A DNA stretch of 64,000 nt from a virus, in the IMG/VR virus record IMGVR_UViG_3300002052_000002, positions 1 through 64,000 of that record; one strand, given 5' to 3'. Shown piece after piece: positions 1 to 12,072 of this stretch. The position numbers and the translations under genes were made by a program. Below the pieces are notes generated by a model. It made no database searches and had not been told where the DNA came from. It saw only the letters and a list, made by a program, of their open reading frames with translations. Every line of letters starts with the position of its first letter. Positions within the stretch are counted from its first letter, which is position 1.

Positions 1-423
1 CTGCTTTAGCTAGATGCAAGACGACTACTCCACATAGGAGCGCCAGAGCCACTGGAACAAAAAGCATTAGTAAGAATTCACACATCAGCCACATCGCTTC
101 CACTTATTATTCCCCTTTCTTTATTTGGATATCTATTTTAACAGTTATTTCATCTTTATCAGATTTATTGGCAAGTTTATACGCATCATCTAATGCATTC
201 CAAAATCGCCTTACCAACTTTATTTGCCATGCTTCTGATTTCCCACTTAATATAGAGCGTAAAGTCCTATGAAATATCATAAAAACATCCCTCTCGCTGT
301 GCTCAGGATGCGTCAGAATAAGAGATAATATCAAATACTATACCAACTCTTATGCTTTTTCATCCTTAATAAATTATGTGTTAGTGCATATAAAAAATAT
401 ACCAATGATTCTAATAAGATAGA

Positions 424-445
424 AAGTGCGCTTACAAGCGCACTT
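424..445. repeat. Perfect 10-bp inverted repeat AAGTGCGCTT-AC-AAGCGCACTT
   Basis: Read directly; lies in the AT-rich gap just downstream of the ParB-like gene. Confidence 0.75.
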
Positions 446-496
446 ATGCTTTAACTCATTGAAAGTATTAAGGAAAATGAAAATCTTGAACTTTTT

Positions 497-1432
497 TCAA
501 TTTTCAACGTATTCTCCTATCCTGTATATTAAATCTAATTCAAATATAGAGCCTTTCTTTTTATCTAAATTCTTATAAATCTCCTTTATTGTTTCCAATA
601 TAGTTCCAAGGAACTGTTTATCCCAACTCTCTGATTTTCCAAAAGTAATCCTAAATTTCTTTTCATTCTCTGCCCATTCTATTTTTGGTTTTGATCCTCC
701 CCATTTCGGCTCATCTTTTTCCCATAACTCCTTAGCTTTCTCGTGTGAGATGTGAAGTTTCTTAGCTAAGTCCCTATGGGATATAAGACCTTTTTCATCT
801 TTTGTTGGGCGGCCCCTCCTTCTTCCAGTAGCTAAACATTTAATTTGTGCTACCGCTTTCTCTTGGTCTTCTATTGTCATTTGTCTTCGGCAGAGATTGA
901 TATTAATGAATAAATCTAATTTCTGATTATCATCCAAATCATCCACTATGATACAAGGAACCTTCTCTATTCCAACTTTCTTAGCCATTATGTAACGATT
1001 TCGACCATCGATAATTTCATTGTTTTTAGTAATGAGAAGAGGAAGTAAGACTCCCTTTTCCTTTATGTCCTCTCCAAGACGCTCTTGGTCTCTTATCGTT
1101 ATATCCATTTTTGGAATAGTTTTAATTGTTAATAGGTCTTTTACGTTCACAAAAACAATAGTATGTTTTGTAATCTTAGACCATACTTTTCTTAATTCTT
1201 CATTGGATAACTTCTTAACATCTTTAAGTTCTTCCTCTGAAGCGTGTTCAAACTTCTGCATCTTTATAAGTCTATCAGGGACTTCCTTTGCGCCTCTAAG
1301 GCGTTTAACCTTAGTACCAAGATTTCTATCTTTCTCCGCCCTGTCTACTTCTTCTTTTAAGAACTTAGCTAAACCCTTGTATTCTTTCTCTTTATAAGAA
1401 ATTGCGTCTGTCATTCTGTCTCCTTTTTCCAT
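497..1432 (-). CDS. ParB/Srx N-terminal domain protein with HTH
   Basis: 'L.EDIKEKGVLLPLLIT...IIDGRNRY..AKKVG...VPC...ININLCRRQMT' ParB-like signature, followed by HTH-like 'SHRDLAKKLHIS'. Confidence 0.85.
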   Translation of the reverse strand: MEKGDRMTDAISYKEKEYKGLAKFLKEEVDRAEKDRNLGTKVKRLRGAKEVPDRLIKMQKFEHASEEELKDVKKLSNEELRKVWSKITKHTIVFVNVKDLLTIKTIPKMDITIRDQERLGEDIKEKGVLLPLLITKNNEIIDGRNRYIMAKKVGIEKVPCIIVDDLDDNQKLDLFININLCRRQMTIEDQEKAVAQIKCLATGRRRGRPTKDEKGLISHRDLAKKLHISHEKAKELWEKDEPKWGGSKPKIEWAENEKKFRITFGKSESWDKQFLGTILETIKEIYKNLDKKKGSIFELDLIYRIGEYVEN

Positions 1433-1752
1433 TTTACTGTGGCCCCAACTGAGCTTAATTTAAGGACTTTTCTAAATCTCCATTCGAATCCGCAGAGTGG
1501 ACATTCAATTCTGACAGGAGTTAGTGATTTAAAAACGTCTTCCTCATATAAACTTTCGTCGAACGCAGCGAAAATGTGGTGACAATTTGGACATACAAAA
1601 TTCATTTTATCCTCCCTATAATATATAAATCTGGCCTTCTAAGTCCCTCTTATACGCCAGAAAATCCCAAAAAGAAAAGAGATTTAACCCATCCACAGAT
1701 AGAATCCATGCACAGAATAATTAAATCTCTTGGGACTTTGGGATATCTCCAT

Positions 1753-1803
1753 CTATAATATATATACCATCAGCAGCTTTCTTTTGTTGTAATTTTGGGT
1801 AAA
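1753..1803 (-). promoter_or_regulatory. Candidate phage-specific promoter motif, copy 1 (AAATTAC-N20-GGTATATAT)
   Basis: Matches intergenic copies at 2673-2722 (+) and 36121-36171 (+). Confidence 0.5.
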
Positions 1804-1808
1804 TTGCA

Positions 1809-2360
1809 TCATTCTTCATCCTCATATTCTTCTTCCCACAGTTCGTCATCAAAACGAGTATGGTCAACATATATCTCATCAAGATTTATTTCATCAATAG
1901 TTGGAGTTCCTCGATGGGCAGGTCTCAATTCATCTTCCACCCATTGCCATGTAACTGTTGGTCGTCCTTCTCCCCATCTTAATGGTGGTGGAGTGGGAGG
2001 AGCTGGTTGACGCTCCATAGCTGGTTCCCAATTTGCCCACCTATATGTTCGTTCTCGTAATTCTCCCTCTACTGGTGCTGCTTCTAAGTCAACTAAAATA
2101 TCAGGGATTTCTTGCCAATAAGAACGACCACGATAATCATATATACAATGACCATGTGGTTCTCCAACATTTGGGTCTTCTAATATCAATTGTATTCTAT
2201 CAGATGTGCATTTATCGCATGTGCTAGGACAGGGTTCTATTGCGCGAACTAGCCAGACTCTTCCTACCCTAGAATTACGTTCTGACTCGTGTACTTCGTT
2301 AGGAATTTTACCTTTGAAAATATCGTGTTCTAGATTGTCCTTTTCATGCAATATCTTCAT
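1809..2360 (-). CDS. Hypothetical Cys-containing protein, MKIL N-terminus, acidic tail
   Basis: ORF with GAGG RBS; starts MKILHEK. Confidence 0.7.
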   Translation of the reverse strand: MKILHEKDNLEHDIFKGKIPNEVHESERNSRVGRVWLVRAIEPCPSTCDKCTSDRIQLILEDPNVGEPHGHCIYDYRGRSYWQEIPDILVDLEAAPVEGELRERTYRWANWEPAMERQPAPPTPPPLRWGEGRPTVTWQWVEDELRPAHRGTPTIDEINLDEIYVDHTRFDDELWEEEYEDEE

Positions 2361-2672
2361 ATGTGACCTCTCAGCTCGAAATCGGCGGATGAACCCCGCC
2401 CTCTACCTTCTTATATACGTCCTTATATCTAGAATCTCTTCCCCCTGCAATTATTCTATTATAATAACACCATCTTCGTTACAAGTAATTCTGGTAATCA
2501 TTCGTTCACACATAATGTTCACAGGCAACATTACTGTAGATTTCTCATCATATCTTTTAAGTTGTTTTATTAGCTCCCCACAACTTAATCCTTTACGAAA
2601 ATAACGTGAATCATATTTGGTGTTCATCTTGCCTCCCATTGTAGCGTTTCCCTTCCCTCAAAATTAGATAAC

Positions 2673-2722
2673 TTGCCCAAAATTACGCCAATTTTTACTT
2701 CCTGAAGGTATATATATAATAG
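2673..2722 (+). promoter_or_regulatory. Candidate phage-specific promoter motif, copy 2
   Basis: TTGCCCAAAATTAC-N20-GGTATATATATAATAG in an intergenic gap. Confidence 0.45.
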
Positions 2723-3623
2723 TTATATATTAAGATTGTTCGAGGTTATATATAAAATAATATATAGTAGATGTGATTTTTATGGTTTATCACTTAGTAA
2801 AAAGCCGCCCATCAGCCATCCATCTTCTTATTAGCCAGCCATCGTACAAATTTGAAGAACCAATACATAATTAAGAAGAATGTTACGATTCTGCAAACAA
2901 CATCAATCGTTGGTTCCATCTTTTGACTCCATTTCTAATTGATTCTTTATTGGTAGTCCGCATATTGGACATAGAATAATGCCTTCTGGGCCTAATTTAC
3001 ACACAGTCCCTTCCACTAATTTACATTGACATTTCAGCCATATAGGCCATTTATATTTACTTTCCATACCTCTCACTTCTCAGGGTATTTGTAATCACAT
3101 GATGTTTTAGAACATTTATATGCGGTTAATCCCCACATCTTTTCATATTCGACAAGGTCTGAACCACAGATTGGGCATATCCCAGCATTAATACAAGTAT
3201 TGATATATCGTCTTTGTCTATTCTTCTCTTCTAGAATGTTGATAGCTTTAGCCCAAATGTGTGGATTTATTGTTATTTCTTTAGACATTTATTTATCCCT
3301 CCAGATATACCCTATTAAGCATCCGAAGAATACAAGAGTCAATGCAGCAGAGAAGAATGTACATAACGCCACACTAAAGTCATTAGTATCCGTCATCGCC
3401 TTTTCTCCTACAAACCTCCAAAACCATATTGAGCCGATACCTGCACCTGAAAATATTGTGGTTAGTACCCATTTATCCATATTTTCCTCCTATACTAAAG
3501 GTAGAACGATTCTTTGACAGGCCATGCACCAGTAGTATTTCATCACTTTTTCCCAAATGACCGAAACACTTCGACAAATAGGACATTGATGTATTTCGTA
3601 AAGACCTGTTTCCATTTCACCTC

Positions 3624-5078
3624 CTATAAGTTAGAAGCCCATGTTAAATCATCTAACCAGAAATAATAAAATTTATCACAAAATCCACAATGGAAATCCC
3701 CTGCAACTCTATTAACTTTGTGGTCTTCTATTACACAGTTAAATGCACACCGTTCACATCTTCGCCCACATCTTGGACATACTGCATAATCATAAATTTT
3801 ATTCTTCAGTATTTTCATTCTGCACTCTTGGTCTTCGAACTCTTGTTGGCTTTACCCAAGGACGATTAAATATCCATGCAAATGCCTCTACACATAATGA
3901 ATCTACACGTCTTTTCCTTGCTCTACGATAGAATATTATATTTCCATTACACCTAGTGTGGTCAGTTATTCCCCTTATTTCTGGAATACATGGTCTATTT
4001 CCAATCCATTGTGGTCTTTCTCCTTCTGGTAGCACTCTATAACATAAAATCCCTTCTGAAGTGTCACGAGTTATCGTAACAAATTCAGGCGGTTGCGGTC
4101 TCCAAAACTGGTCTCCATAGAATTCCTGCCACGTTTCAGGGTCTGGACACCATCGTGTTCCTACTTTGTATTTCTCGAATGGGTCATTATGTTCAAGAAT
4201 CTTCACCAGTAAGCTCCTTTAAATCTAATGTTATATAGTCTCCTGCCACATATGGCTCTGTTCGTAGTCTCTTTATTATATAACTTAACCTAATAATCCC
4301 TAGTCTTTCCATACATTCTGTTCGCCTACAGGATACTATGGTATCTATTGGTAATGGTTCTCCACACAATGGGCAAAGTTCAAGTCCTATATCTGATAGG
4401 ACTGAGAGTTTTTCAACAAGTTTTATATTCACACATTTATTTTCTACTTGGTCGAGAATCTTCATCTTTTCCTCTTACGACGACACGCTCTCTTTATTTT
4501 CATTTCCTTATTAAATTTGATATTCTCTTTTCTAATACGAGATTCAGTGAAGAGAATTGTTTCAGTAGTTAAATTTTCAGAAAGATAAACCTTCGATTTA
4601 TTTTTCTTTATATGCTTTAAACTTTTAATGATATTATGAACTTCTTCTTCTAGTCTTTCGAAAAGTTCTTGGTCTAAGAAATCTTCATCGTCCATACAAC
4701 GAGCACATAATGGATAATATCTTGCTGTTAATAGTTTATCTCCACAAACTACACAAGTAGTTATATCTTTATCTAATTCCCACCAACCACCTCGCACCTT
4801 CCGAAAATGCATAGGAAATCGTTTTGGATGTTGGATTTCTAAAATCTTCATCGGCGTCTCCTAACATAAAAATTATTTTCAAAATATTCTAACCCCCATT
4901 CTAAATGGTCTTCGCAGACCCAATGTCCCAATCCTCTATTTATTAACCAGTAATCAACATGGTTACGGCAAGGACGTTCTCCAAGATTATTGCGGTAAAT
5001 ACAGACACCGTGCGTTGGAATCCTATCAAATCTTCCATGAGGTACTTCAACTATTGGTTTCTGTTTTAGGATTTTCAT
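3624..5078 (-). CDS. Run of five overlapping small Cys-rich ORFs (3624-3818, 3799-4206, 4193-4465, 4462-4851, 4848-5078), all starting MKIL
   Basis: ORF track; overlapping start/stop codons; CxxC motifs in most. Confidence 0.75.
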
Positions 5079-6511
5079 TCATTTCCCTTTATTAATTTCA
5101 AATTCCTTTTTAATCTACTCCAAGTTTTATGATTTGTAAGCTCAGAAGAGATTTGTGTTCCTTCTTTCAAATTCTCCAATATATATTCGTCAATAGAATC
5201 CTTTAGTTGTAAGACATAATAGAAACAGGTTTGTTTTTGTCCTATTCTATGGATTCTATCCTGAGATTGGTTAAAAGCTGTTAGCCCCCAAGACATATTA
5301 TAGTATATAATATAACTAGCTGCGGTTAGAGTCAGCCCAAATCCCCCAGTAGTAGGACTGGCTATCATTATTCTAATTTCTTGGTCTTCCATAAACTTAT
5401 CTACAATTCTTTCCCTATCTTTTGGTGACATTGCTCCAGCTAATATTACATAGTTTTGTCCAACGGAAGATAACATATCAGCTATTAGCTCTGTTTCTTT
5501 TACCCACCACCTATAAATAATTATCTTTTCTCGCAATGGTATCTCGAAGATAAGGTCTCGTAATAATAGAAGTTTTGGGTTAGGATGGAATAAAACAGGG
5601 TCTTTATCCGTATAGAGGAATCCGCCAGCTATCTGACTTAGCTTCATTAATTGGGTGAGGATATTATCAACTCTAACATTCCCTTCGTCAAATTCCATTT
5701 TATGTACCAAGCCATCAGCTATCGGTCTATACAGCTCTACTTGGTCTTTACTTAAATAAGAAATCCTTTTATTCCAAACCTTTTCTGGTAGGTCAAGACA
5801 CTCTTCTTTACGCACACGGACTGCATTTATAAACATTCGCTCTTGGAATTCCTTTTCTATTTCTGGTTTTATTGCCCATTTTGGAAACTTCCATCCTATA
5901 TTCTTAAAATAAATATTCCTTGCTCTGTAAATATTTTCTCCAAAAGTTTCCCCCCTATCAATAATTCTGTATATAGTCAATAACTTAGTAAGGTCACGGT
6001 CTGATGGAGTTCCAGATAAGCCAATAACATAACCAGCTCTGTCACAAAGAATCTGTAAAGCTTTTGTTCGTAAAGTTGTCATATTTTGAGCGAAGGTTAC
6101 TTCATCCAAAATAATCATTCCGAATTTATGTTGTATAACTTTATCAAGTAATACCCCTAGAGTAGAATCTCTTCTGCCTGGAAGGGAGTCATAACTAATT
6201 ATAAATATTGAAGAATTGCTTCCAAGAAGTTTTATCTTTCTCTCTAAGCTGCCAACCAGCTTAGTATAATTGAAATAAGTATGCTCTTCTATTTGGTCTG
6301 CCCACGATTCTACTACTGATAGTGGACAAACAATCAATAGACTTTTAACTAGTCCTTGTCTATATAACATAGCAAATTTAGCCAAAGCTATCAAAGATTT
6401 ACCAGTCCCACAATCGCTCCAATCAGCACTTCTTGTTTTAGTTAAATGGAATTGCAGATTGTTAACTTGATGTTGAAATAAATCTTTCTTTAGTATCGGT
6501 ATCTTTTTCAT
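5075..6511 (-). CDS. SNF2-family helicase/ATPase
   Basis: Motif I DCGTGKS, Ia LIVCPLSV, II ILDE, III LSGTP, V GFGLTLTAA, VI QSQDRIHRIGQ. Confidence 0.95.
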   Translation of the reverse strand: MKKIPILKKDLFQHQVNNLQFHLTKTRSADWSDCGTGKSLIALAKFAMLYRQGLVKSLLIVCPLSVVESWADQIEEHTYFNYTKLVGSLERKIKLLGSNSSIFIISYDSLPGRRDSTLGVLLDKVIQHKFGMIILDEVTFAQNMTTLRTKALQILCDRAGYVIGLSGTPSDRDLTKLLTIYRIIDRGETFGENIYRARNIYFKNIGWKFPKWAIKPEIEKEFQERMFINAVRVRKEECLDLPEKVWNKRISYLSKDQVELYRPIADGLVHKMEFDEGNVRVDNILTQLMKLSQIAGGFLYTDKDPVLFHPNPKLLLLRDLIFEIPLREKIIIYRWWVKETELIADMLSSVGQNYVILAGAMSPKDRERIVDKFMEDQEIRIMIASPTTGGFGLTLTAASYIIYYNMSWGLTAFNQSQDRIHRIGQKQTCFYYVLQLKDSIDEYILENLKEGTQISSELTNHKTWSRLKRNLKLIKGNE

Positions 6512-7137
6512 TTATCTCTCATCGTTATCTGAATAGATTGGGTTCCCATTTGCATCATATACCATAAATGCTCCTGCTAGTAGACCTCCTCTATGGAGAT
6601 GAGCGTAGTCTTTCAGACATATTCCTGATGCTTTTCTTCCATCCTCTGACCATCTAAAATGATATAAGGTATAGTCCCACTGGCAGTTATTTTTATAACG
6701 GCATTGTGCTATTCTATGGCACACAGAGTGTCCGTAATTTGTCCAACGCCCTCTTTCTGCGCTAGACTTAAGATAACATCCTTGAAAGTTTAATATTTTA
6801 TTCTTCAATATCTTCATATTATTTCATCCTCGAAAACAGGCACCCATTCGGAGTCCCTGCTTTCACTCCTATATAATAACCACTTTCCTGCTTCTGGTCG
6901 CTCCCCACGATAGTGTAAATAATTTACAAGACATAGATTTTCTGCCTGCCGGAGAGCCTCTGAAAATTGTAGATGAAATAGAGTATGGTTAAAAGGACAT
7001 CCTTTCCTTTTAGAATATGCACAACGCGGCTCTCTATCGCATTGGTGGTAATCATATATATACCAATGTCCTACTTTCCCATTAGCCAGGAGTTGGTATT
7101 CCCGCCAATCTTTATCTTTATGACTCAGTATCTTCAT
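6512..7137 (-). CDS. Two tandem paralogous Cys/His proteins (6512-6817, 6814-7137), both MKIL-initiated
   Basis: Shared pattern G.W..Y....C.R...C.Y...C....TL.H...SE.......CL..Y.H. Confidence 0.75.
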
Positions 7138-7281
7138 AATATTCTTCTAATCCTTCTTCAACTCTCTTTTTCTCTTTTGACCGACTATATACTGTTGTTG
7201 GGTCTATGACTTTATTTGGCTTCAAAGGTGCTCTAACAGGGACTTTCCACTTCTTTTCCTTTAATCGCTTATAGTTAGTCT

Positions 7282-8973
7282 TCATCCTGCATGCCCTTCG
7301 CTTTCTACTTGCTTAACGCATTCATCATGCTTTTGGCAGTATAGACAACTATGTCTTTTATATTTGAGCATTACATTAAATGGCTCATACTCTCCACAGA
7401 CATACGCTCTATCTCCAAATTTATCAAACTTATCTGCGGATTGACGATTGCTGCCTACATTCTTATTTGTATTGCTGGCGTTTCCTTCAACTGGAACAGG
7501 GAGATTCTTTACTTCTTGTTTTGCCTGGTCTACTGTATCTTTCCCCTCTTGCTTATCTCTTTCATAGACACTTTCAAGAACTCTCTGTTCTATCTCATCG
7601 ACATTCGTGAAATCGAATCTCATTATTTCGTCTTCTACTTTAGTTTTTCCATGCTTTATTGTGAAGACGATTTCAACATCGTCTATTCCAATGAAGTCAT
7701 ATCCTTCTAATTCTTTTGGCATTTTATCGTCGTCTGGAGCAAGAGTTATAGCAATGATGTTGTCTCTGTGGTCGAGATACGCCCGTATGAAAGTTGTCTC
7801 TCTACGTTGGTAGGAATATCCTTGAACAAGGCCAATTTCTCCCTCAGCGATAGCGTCGTCAATATCCATGAGGAAATGTTTCTTCGCCTCTTGGTCCCAT
7901 TTCTTTGCGAGCTGCCTATCTGTACTGACATAACCTTTCCCAGAAGTTAGCTTTACCCAATCGTTGAAATCTTTAGAATTTCCATCGAACCAAAACTTAT
8001 TATGTTTCTCTGTGAAAGGAAATTCTTGATAGTCTAACCACGCTTGGATGTCGGGGTCAAAGTAATATCCATATTCCTCATCAGTCTTTGGGTCAAGTAG
8101 CTGAGTTGTATTACTTTCGTCCTTGTTCTTATCTTTATCTGTATTCCTATTGTATCTATCTCTCCAATGTTCTCCTTCAGAATATCCGTCCCATCCATTC
8201 CATCCATGACCCCCTATATAACCATGTCCAGCTCCATAGAAATATCTAGATTTGGTTTTGTATGTAAAAAGCTCTTTGATTTCGATAGGATTTACAGATA
8301 TCTCATACATAACTTCATCTTTCATTCTGAGGACTGTTCCATCTGGGAATCCATTAAATCCCCCACTATTGAGGAATTTTGGAATCGAATTGAATATGAT
8401 ATCATCGTCAGATGCAAAGATTATCATCTTTCTATGGGGACGAAATCCTAAATATACTGGAGAAACATACCTTGTGATAAAAATCTTATGCGGGTTCTTC
8501 TTTTCCAGTATAACGAAAGACCCACTACCATATCCAAGCCAAGGCATGGCTTTTTCCATCCCTTCCGTTTCTACATAGGATAGAAAGATTTCTGTATCAA
8601 CCTCACCCTGATACTTGTAATCTTTCAGCTTTGGCAAAGAATGAAGCATACCATTATGGATGGCATAGTAATGTTCAGACTCTACTGGATGGTTATTGAC
8701 ATTATCTTTCTCTGACCCCATTGTGGCAGCTCTGACATGTCCGAAAGCTAATACAGCTTTACCTAATGGTTCCATGAATTTATGCATATGAACTTTGTCA
8801 TAGTTCTCTGCATCTAATGGAGCTTTATGTGTAGTTATATTCCCTTCTTTATCCACACAAAGTAATCCAGTAGCATCACGACCTCTGAGTCTTGAGTTAT
8901 ACATAAGCCTTCGGAATACTTCAGCATTCTCTTTCTTTGGCTCTGGTGTAACGAATCCGAAAATACCGCACAT
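7282..8973 (-). CDS. Class II (Ntn) glutamine amidotransferase, phiEco32-cluster type, with long C-terminal extension
   Basis: N-terminal MCGIFG, RGRDATG, GHVRAAT, NNHP, HNG, VDTE. Confidence 0.93.
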   Translation of the reverse strand: MCGIFGFVTPEPKKENAEVFRRLMYNSRLRGRDATGLLCVDKEGNITTHKAPLDAENYDKVHMHKFMEPLGKAVLAFGHVRAATMGSEKDNVNNHPVESEHYYAIHNGMLHSLPKLKDYKYQGEVDTEIFLSYVETEGMEKAMPWLGYGSGSFVILEKKNPHKIFITRYVSPVYLGFRPHRKMIIFASDDDIIFNSIPKFLNSGGFNGFPDGTVLRMKDEVMYEISVNPIEIKELFTYKTKSRYFYGAGHGYIGGHGWNGWDGYSEGEHWRDRYNRNTDKDKNKDESNTTQLLDPKTDEEYGYYFDPDIQAWLDYQEFPFTEKHNKFWFDGNSKDFNDWVKLTSGKGYVSTDRQLAKKWDQEAKKHFLMDIDDAIAEGEIGLVQGYSYQRRETTFIRAYLDHRDNIIAITLAPDDDKMPKELEGYDFIGIDDVEIVFTIKHGKTKVEDEIMRFDFTNVDEIEQRVLESVYERDKQEGKDTVDQAKQEVKNLPVPVEGNASNTNKNVGSNRQSADKFDKFGDRAYVCGEYEPFNVMLKYKRHSCLYCQKHDECVKQVESEGHAG

Positions 8974-8974
8974 T

Positions 8975-10654
8975 TTAAATTCCCTCCGTTTCTTGGATTG
9001 ATGCTTGTAAAATCCAACCTATCCTTCTATATAGTCTTTCATTCTTTTTAGCCCCCTGTGCCCAGATAGTAGGGAATAGAATAACCACATCTGGATATGG
9101 AGCTTGCCCACGCCGTTGTGTTAAATATTGGTAATCTTGAGAATACTTCAATAAATCATCCACTGTCTTATAATTTAGATGCTCGATATAATGTAGCCTT
9201 GCCACTCTATCTAATTGTTCAATTGCTTTCCTTGAGATTCCGAAGCTGACCAGAGAGTTACCACTATACTCTATCTGGACAGATATATTGTGTCTCAATC
9301 TGCAAGGAACAGGAGTGAAATATTTCTTTATATCGGCATTCCTAGAGATAATAGTAATAGAAGAGCGTCGCTTCTTCGCTATTCTCCAGTTTGGAGCGAT
9401 ATCGACTCCTTCCAATTTAACCTTACCTTTGTTCGTTACAAACATTTCGATGAACATATCTATATCTTTTTTGTAGGCATAATATAATGGGAGGGATTTT
9501 AATGTATGAATCGTCTCTCCATCTTTATATGCCCCATCGTATACCGCTTTAGTCAAAGCATATGTAGTCACAATGATACATTGGCACATATCTTCAGATA
9601 CTATATAAGAAGGTAATTGTCTCCATTCCCATCCACCGTGTGGCTTGTTCGGTCTAAACGCATCACGGCCACCTTCTCGTATAATGTCTGTAAGGTCATT
9701 TCTGATTCCAGTTTGATGTTTAAGTACATATATGCCAATATGCTTGTGTAATAGATGTGGTAATTCTTTAGGATACGATTTCTCACTGAAATGGATATGC
9801 CCGCCAGTATTTACTTTAGTTCCACCACCAGCAAAGATGAGAGATTCAGGTGGAATCGATTCTGAATTGAGAAGTTTCCTCATTACCCTTTTGATATTTC
9901 TCATCAAGTGATAAGGACTTCTGCCAGGGTCTGGACGTATCTCTCCAGTTTCTAGATGACCATCAGTTCCAATCTCTTTACCACCATGGAAAAATACATT
10001 AGCTCCAATGAGCCGTCCTCTCTTATCTATTATCTCAAATTCTGGGTCAGCCCCAACGAGTAAAGATTTGGAGAATATCCTACCAGAAGTTCGTACTTCG
10101 TGGATTTTAGTAAGAATATCTTTCATAAGTGGCACAAACTTTTGGGCAAGATGGGTAATGTCTGAAAGCCATAATAGATTAACTTTCAGGTTATAAAATC
10201 CCATCTCACTTCGGTCAGCATCATTTATAAAAGTGATATCCTTCTGAATATTTCCAGGCAGTTCTATATATTCTTTCTGGTAGCGATGAGATAATGGAAT
10301 GGTAACAGTGATTGGTACGAATCTTGGAGTCTTTATGCGAAGATGGGCAAGGATTTCACTTCTATTATATTCCCTTGTAGTTGCAGTTCCTTCATCATAT
10401 TCGCAGTAGATATAGATTGTGTTTGGTTGTAAGATACCGTAGCCTTGTGTTCCATCTGGATGTGGGTCATCCAGTCTTCTCATATGGTCGACACTATATT
10501 CTTTCATATCTCTACTAAGTACCATAACACCATTATGAGATACAATAGTTTTTAGTTCGCACCGTCTGATTAGAGGAGCCAATTCTTCTACAGCATCCTT
10601 TGTACAACCTTCATGCTCCATCAAGATTTCAATAGGATACTTAGCTCCTGTCAT
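8975..10654 (-). CDS. phiEco32-like COOH-NH2 ligase with extra N- and C-terminal domains
   Basis: VGADPEFEI, IGTDG...GEIRP.P, GGHIHF, HGGWEWRQLPS. Confidence 0.88.
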   Translation of the reverse strand: MTGAKYPIEILMEHEGCTKDAVEELAPLIRRCELKTIVSHNGVMVLSRDMKEYSVDHMRRLDDPHPDGTQGYGILQPNTIYIYCEYDEGTATTREYNRSEILAHLRIKTPRFVPITVTIPLSHRYQKEYIELPGNIQKDITFINDADRSEMGFYNLKVNLLWLSDITHLAQKFVPLMKDILTKIHEVRTSGRIFSKSLLVGADPEFEIIDKRGRLIGANVFFHGGKEIGTDGHLETGEIRPDPGRSPYHLMRNIKRVMRKLLNSESIPPESLIFAGGGTKVNTGGHIHFSEKSYPKELPHLLHKHIGIYVLKHQTGIRNDLTDIIREGGRDAFRPNKPHGGWEWRQLPSYIVSEDMCQCIIVTTYALTKAVYDGAYKDGETIHTLKSLPLYYAYKKDIDMFIEMFVTNKGKVKLEGVDIAPNWRIAKKRRSSITIISRNADIKKYFTPVPCRLRHNISVQIEYSGNSLVSFGISRKAIEQLDRVARLHYIEHLNYKTVDDLLKYSQDYQYLTQRRGQAPYPDVVILFPTIWAQGAKKNERLYRRIGWILQASIQETEGI

Positions 10655-12072
10655 TCTAACACCTCCTTTGCTTTAGATTTATAACCACCATTTCTTGTCA
10701 CCCCGATTATTCATTGTTCGACTGAAAGCAGTTGAAATTGCCTCAGAGACTCGCTCATCGACATAGTTTTCGATTTGCTGAATCATAGGAAATACTTCCG
10801 CATCAACAGCATCCTGACTCCATCTGGCAATCTCATCATCAGATTTTCCGCGAGTCACGCTCTCTACTATCTCTCTGGCAATTTCTTCCAGCCGTCGTTC
10901 AGATAACATCTTCTAGCCTCCTTTCTTTATTTAGCTGTTCGTTGTACAAAAAGGACATCAACCATGATAGTGCATCCCTCCAATGCTGCATCTGTCACTG
11001 TCATATCAGTATCTTTCGATTTCCTAACATATTTGCCAACTGTGTTCATAGTCTCATCCGATAAGGACGCAACAAGAAGGCATTGGTCATTCCCAATTTT
11101 GCAAGGAATTAGGTCTTTCTTACCAAATCCTATTAGTTTCCGCATCCACTCAAAAGTTTCTAAATCTGTTTTCTTAAATGCAATGATTTTGACCATTTTA
11201 CCTCCTAACACTTTCTTGAGTTTTGGCTTCTTATGCTTTCTGCCCATACTCCCATCTCTCCTTTTAGGGATTATTAGACTGACAATAGAATAGAATAGTA
11301 ATCCTACCAAGAATAAAACTATTAGAACCATAACTCCACAGAAGTTTTTAACTCTATCAATCATACTTCTCCTTGCCACAGATAGTACATCTCCATTTGA
11401 GTGGCATACCTTTCGCAGTTTTCATCTGATTGCAGAGTCGATACCCCTTTCCGTATTTCTTATCCTGATAGTCATCGTTACAATCACATTTCCTCAACGC
11501 TGTCATAGCCATATCTCGCTCCCTTAAATAACGTATAGAAATTGGCTATAATTGTAGACTGTTGGGCATTGTTCCACTTTATATTTAAATATACGTCCAC
11601 GCCACCATTTTCTATATTTGTTCCAGCTCCCTGCTACGTCCTCAGCATGTCCATATGAAGTATAAATTACCTTTGGACGACCATAAAGTGTAACCATCCA
11701 TAGTGTAGTTGGGTATATCCGCCGTATATCTTTTGCAGCGTAATCTACTATTGGAACTAGCGTCATATCAAAGCCCAATAATGTAGTCTTTATGGTTCCT
11801 TTATGTTCTACGACTTTCATATCATCCCCACAATTGTTCATAAAGATAGGCAATATATCTGGTTCCTTGATGGAAGTTGTGGCAAGCAGTGGGATAAAGA
11901 CGAGTACCTTCACATTTCGTGTCATTTAATTCTTGTGCTAGCTTCTCCAACTCATTAGGATTATTAGTTAAATCCTCCCTAATCCACCAGATTCTGTAGC
12001 CTTTTATTGAATTATCTCGATTCTTTTTGAATGTTTGCTGAGTAAGATATTTTGGCAGATGGTTTAGAATTT

